DNA of 32,000 nt from Candidatus Saccharimonadota bacterium. GTDB taxonomy: Bacteria > Patescibacteriota > Gracilibacteria > Absconditabacterales > Absconditicoccaceae. Both the position numbers and the translations under genes were made by a program. Shown in pieces: positions 30,400 through 32,000 of the stretch (its first letter is position 1; each line of letters opens with the position of its first letter). The stretch covers positions 150,001 through 182,000 of the forward strand of contig CP006913.1 of the NCBI GenBank assembly GCA_000503875.1, in the 5' to 3' direction. The notes under the pieces are model-generated. The model saw only the letters and a list, made by a program, of their open reading frames with translations, did no database searches and was not told the origin of the DNA.

Positions 30400-30993
30400 T
30401 TAGCTATAAAGTTCGTTTTTTACCTGTAAAATAAATTTTTCACGCTGCTCTTCATCCAAAGATGGAATATCGTATAGTTTATAATGATTTATGACAGCTA
30501 TCAAAAAGTCCATAAGAAGTGACGCATCCAAAGGGATATTGTCATGATATTTGATAGATAATTTTTTGATATAATTGATATATCATGTTAAATTCATGGG
30601 TTCCTTGGTAAGTAGTTCTTCAAAAACTCAAGAAATTCAGATTTTTTTTGCTTCTTGTATATAAAAAGGAAAAAAGAATCAGATTACTACCAATGTATTT
30701 ATTTTTTTTCTCAAATATGTTGTCCCTGTGGAAGGGTGTTTTGTTTTGAAAAAAAGTTCATATAAAAGTGTTATAAGTTTTTCATCTTTTATATTATTTA
30801 TAAGAAAAGTAAGAAAACTTGCCAATTTAGCATTAGCTTGTTTATCTTGCTGTATTTGTTGATGAACTTGTTTTGCCTGTTTTGATTCTTCCTGGATTCT
30901 TCTAGTAGCTTCTTCGGTTACTTTGTTGATATCTTCTCTAGGTGCTCATCCAATATCTAGTCCTTCTCAAAGGTTTCAAAATTCATTCGCCAT
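30400..30993 (-). CDS. hypothetical protein, 197 aa
   Basis: AGGAAAC precedes ATG 30993. MANEF-G-NL-G-EGLDI-G-GAPREDINK.., about 8 in-frame TGA, one hydrophobic segment (LVVIGFFFPFYI). TAA at 30400-30402. Absent from the ORF track because of TGA density. Confidence 0.5.
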
Positions 30994-31119
30994 GTTTCCT
31001 TTCCTATAAAATAAAATGGCTATAATTATATATGTACCAATAGTTAAATTAGCTTGAAATTCAACACCAATTAAGTATATGATAAAACACTGCTATTTTT
31101 TTGTTGCAAAAAAAATCAA

Positions 31120-31206
31120 GGTGAGGTGGATGAGTGGCCGAAATCAACTCACTGCTAACGAGTCAGACGAGTAATCGTCTCGCGGGTTCGACTCCCGCCC
31201 TCACCG
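31120..31206 (+). tRNA. tRNA-Ser (anticodon GCU), class II
   Basis: GGTGAGG-TG-GATGAGTGGCCGAAATCA-ACTCA-CTGCTAA-CGAGT-CAGACGAGTAATCGTCTC-GCGGG-TTCGACT-CCCGC-CCTCACC-G. It has the long variable arm and a canonical T-arm. Confidence 0.85.
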
Positions 31207-31226
31207 AGTTGTGTAAACATACAATT

Positions 31227-31440
31227 AGACATGGCACCGCAAACGAAGTGCGTCCAGCTCCGCAGGATAGCTCAGTGATTAAGAGAGCATCTGTTGAGTT
31301 ACGGGAGATAAATAACCTCCCAAACTTATTATTATAGACATGGCACCGCAAACGAAGTGCGTCCAGCTCCGCAGGATAGCTCAGTGATTAAGAGAGCATC
31401 TGTTGAGTTACGGGAGATAACCTCCCAAACTTATTATTAT
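31227..31440 (+). repeat. two tandem copies (109 and 105 nt) of a tRNA-like element sharing leader and 5' acceptor strand with the downstream tRNA-Met
   Basis: 31227-31335 and 31336-31440 are identical apart from a 4-nt indel in the loop of a GGGAG..CTCCC hairpin. Each starts AGACATGGCACCG, as does the tRNA-Met gene at 31441, and contains the D-arm-like TAGCTCAGTGATTAAGAGAGC. Neither has a T-arm or a 3' acceptor strand. Confidence 0.85.
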
Positions 31441-31446
31441 AGACAT

Positions 31447-31520
31447 GGCACCGTAGCTCAGTTGGTTAGAGCGCGCCTCTCATAAGGGCGAGGTCGGCGG
31501 TTCGAATCTGCTCGGTGCTA
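31447..31520 (+). tRNA. tRNA with CAU anticodon (elongator Met or lysidine-modified Ile2)
   Basis: GGCACCG-TA-GCTC-AGTTGGTTA-GAGC-G-CGCCT-CTCATAA-GGGCG-AGGTC-GGCGG-TTCGAAT-CTGCT-CGGTGCT-A. Cloverleaf complete. The T-stem has two G-U pairs and 1:72 is G-U. Confidence 0.8.
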
Positions 31521-31544
31521 AATTACCTAGAATGCCTGTCGCTG

Positions 31545-31622
31545 ACCGAGCCCTTAGTGGTAAACGGCGGCAAAGTCCTATGCGAAATGAAATGAAGTCA
31601 TAGGATTCGAATCTGCTCGGTG
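31545..31622 (+). other. orphan structured segment ending in a second copy of the tRNA-Met 3' end
   Basis: TTCGAATCTGCTCGGTG (31606-31622) repeats 31501-31517 exactly. ACCGAGC (31545-31551) pairs perfectly with GCTCGGT (31615-31621). Internal 8-bp stem GTCCTATG/CATAGGAT (31575-31582 with 31599-31606). No cloverleaf can be drawn. Confidence 0.4.
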
Positions 31623-31687
31623 ATGAAATTGAATGTGGTCATCTCATCATTCAAACATAAGTTTTATTTATTTTAATTTGTGAAATT

Positions 31688-31861
31688 ATGGCAAAGAAAA
31701 AAGGAGGAAGAATCATTGTTGCTATGCAATGCAAAGAATGTGGTGCTACAAACTATCAAACAATGATTAACAAAACAGCTACTCCAAAATTGGAACTTAA
31801 AAAGTACTGTAAAAAAGACAAAAAGCACACAACTCATGCATCAAGAGAAAAACTTAAGTAA
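31688..31861 (+). CDS. rpmG: 50S ribosomal protein L33
   Basis: 57-aa [60 protein letters not shown]. CxxC...C zinc-ribbon pattern and the LELKKYC motif of L33. Below the ORF-track length cut-off. Confidence 0.9.
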   Translation: MAKKKGGRIIVAMQCKECGATNYQTMINKTATPKLELKKYCKKDKKHTTHASREKLK

Positions 31862-31899
31862 TTTTTTCTAACAAACAATTTTATACTTAACACTATTTC

Positions 31900-32000
31900 A
31901 TGTTAAAAATCAGATTATCAAGACAAGGAAGAAAAGGGAGACCTTTCTATAGAGTTGTTCTTACAGAACACACAAAGCCAGTAAAATCTTCTTTTAAAGA
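31900..32000 (+). CDS. rpsP: 30S ribosomal protein S16, 3' end beyond window
   Basis: ATG 31900: MLKIRLSRQGRKGRPFYRVVLTEHTKPVKSSFK matches the S16 N-terminus (MVKIRLxRxGxKKxPFYRIV). Confidence 0.85.
   Translation, partial: MLKIRLSRQGRKGRPFYRVVLTEHTKPVKSSFK

Noticed and set aside
31134-31351. ORFs 31134..31337 (plus strand) and 31163..31351 (minus strand)
   Set aside because: They run straight through tRNA-Ser and the tandem tRNA-like repeats, and a coding interpretation is not credible.
31227-31440. Tandem repeats near the tRNAs as a possible CRISPR array
   Set aside because: There are only two units of about 105 nt, directly abutting with no unique spacers. The repeat length is far outside the CRISPR range and the units are tRNA-related.
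1-32000. Genetic code 4 (TGA = Trp, Mycoplasma-type) as the explanation for in-frame TGA
   Set aside because: The TGA positions align with invariant Gly (Walker A, RREGRPS, IGKGG, HGHxDHIGA, RGG of PRTases), not with Trp. Conserved Trp positions use TGG.

Overview
AT-rich (~30-35% GC) bacterial chromosome segment that only makes sense under genetic code 25 (TGA = Gly; Gracilibacteria/BD1-5 or Absconditabacteria/SR1, Candidate Phyla Radiation). Nearly every gene is split in the supplied standard-code ORF track. Reading TGA as Gly fuses the pieces into full-length proteins, and TGA falls on invariant Gly columns (Walker A, PNPase RREGRPS, RNase J HGHxDHIGA). About 29 protein genes, 3 tRNAs and several clean rho-independent terminators are supported. 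Housekeeping genes: gpmI, dCMP deaminase, MsbA-like ABC exporter, ValRS homologue, Gpt-like PRTase, nucleosidase, corA, pyrF, pyrE-like, pnp, eIF-2B-like ribose-1,5-bisphosphate isomerase, SPFH protein, mltG, rnj, O-methyltransferase, yqeY, CsaB-like pyruvyl transferase, rpmG, rpsP. Between them lie lineage-specific envelope genes: an Ig/FN3 surface protein; four genes carrying six copies of a TrbC/VirB2-type two-helix pilin hairpin, one of which is a triple fusion and two of which form a Cys-rich paralogue pair with about half their Gly encoded by TGA; and a 1229-aa orphan membrane protein with internal repeats. Most worth a second look: (1) the ValRS homologue keeps its editing and anticodon-binding blocks but has no recognisable HIGH or KMSKS motif; (2) the tRNA-Met gene is preceded by two identical 105/109-nt tRNA-like repeats that reuse its leader and 5' acceptor strand, and followed by a duplicated 17-nt 3' end closing an orphan 78-nt stem structure; (3) the pilin-hairpin gene families and the giant orphan protein; (4) strongly uneven TGA-Gly usage between genes. 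All protein calls come from by-eye translation and remembered family motifs; no database search was possible.
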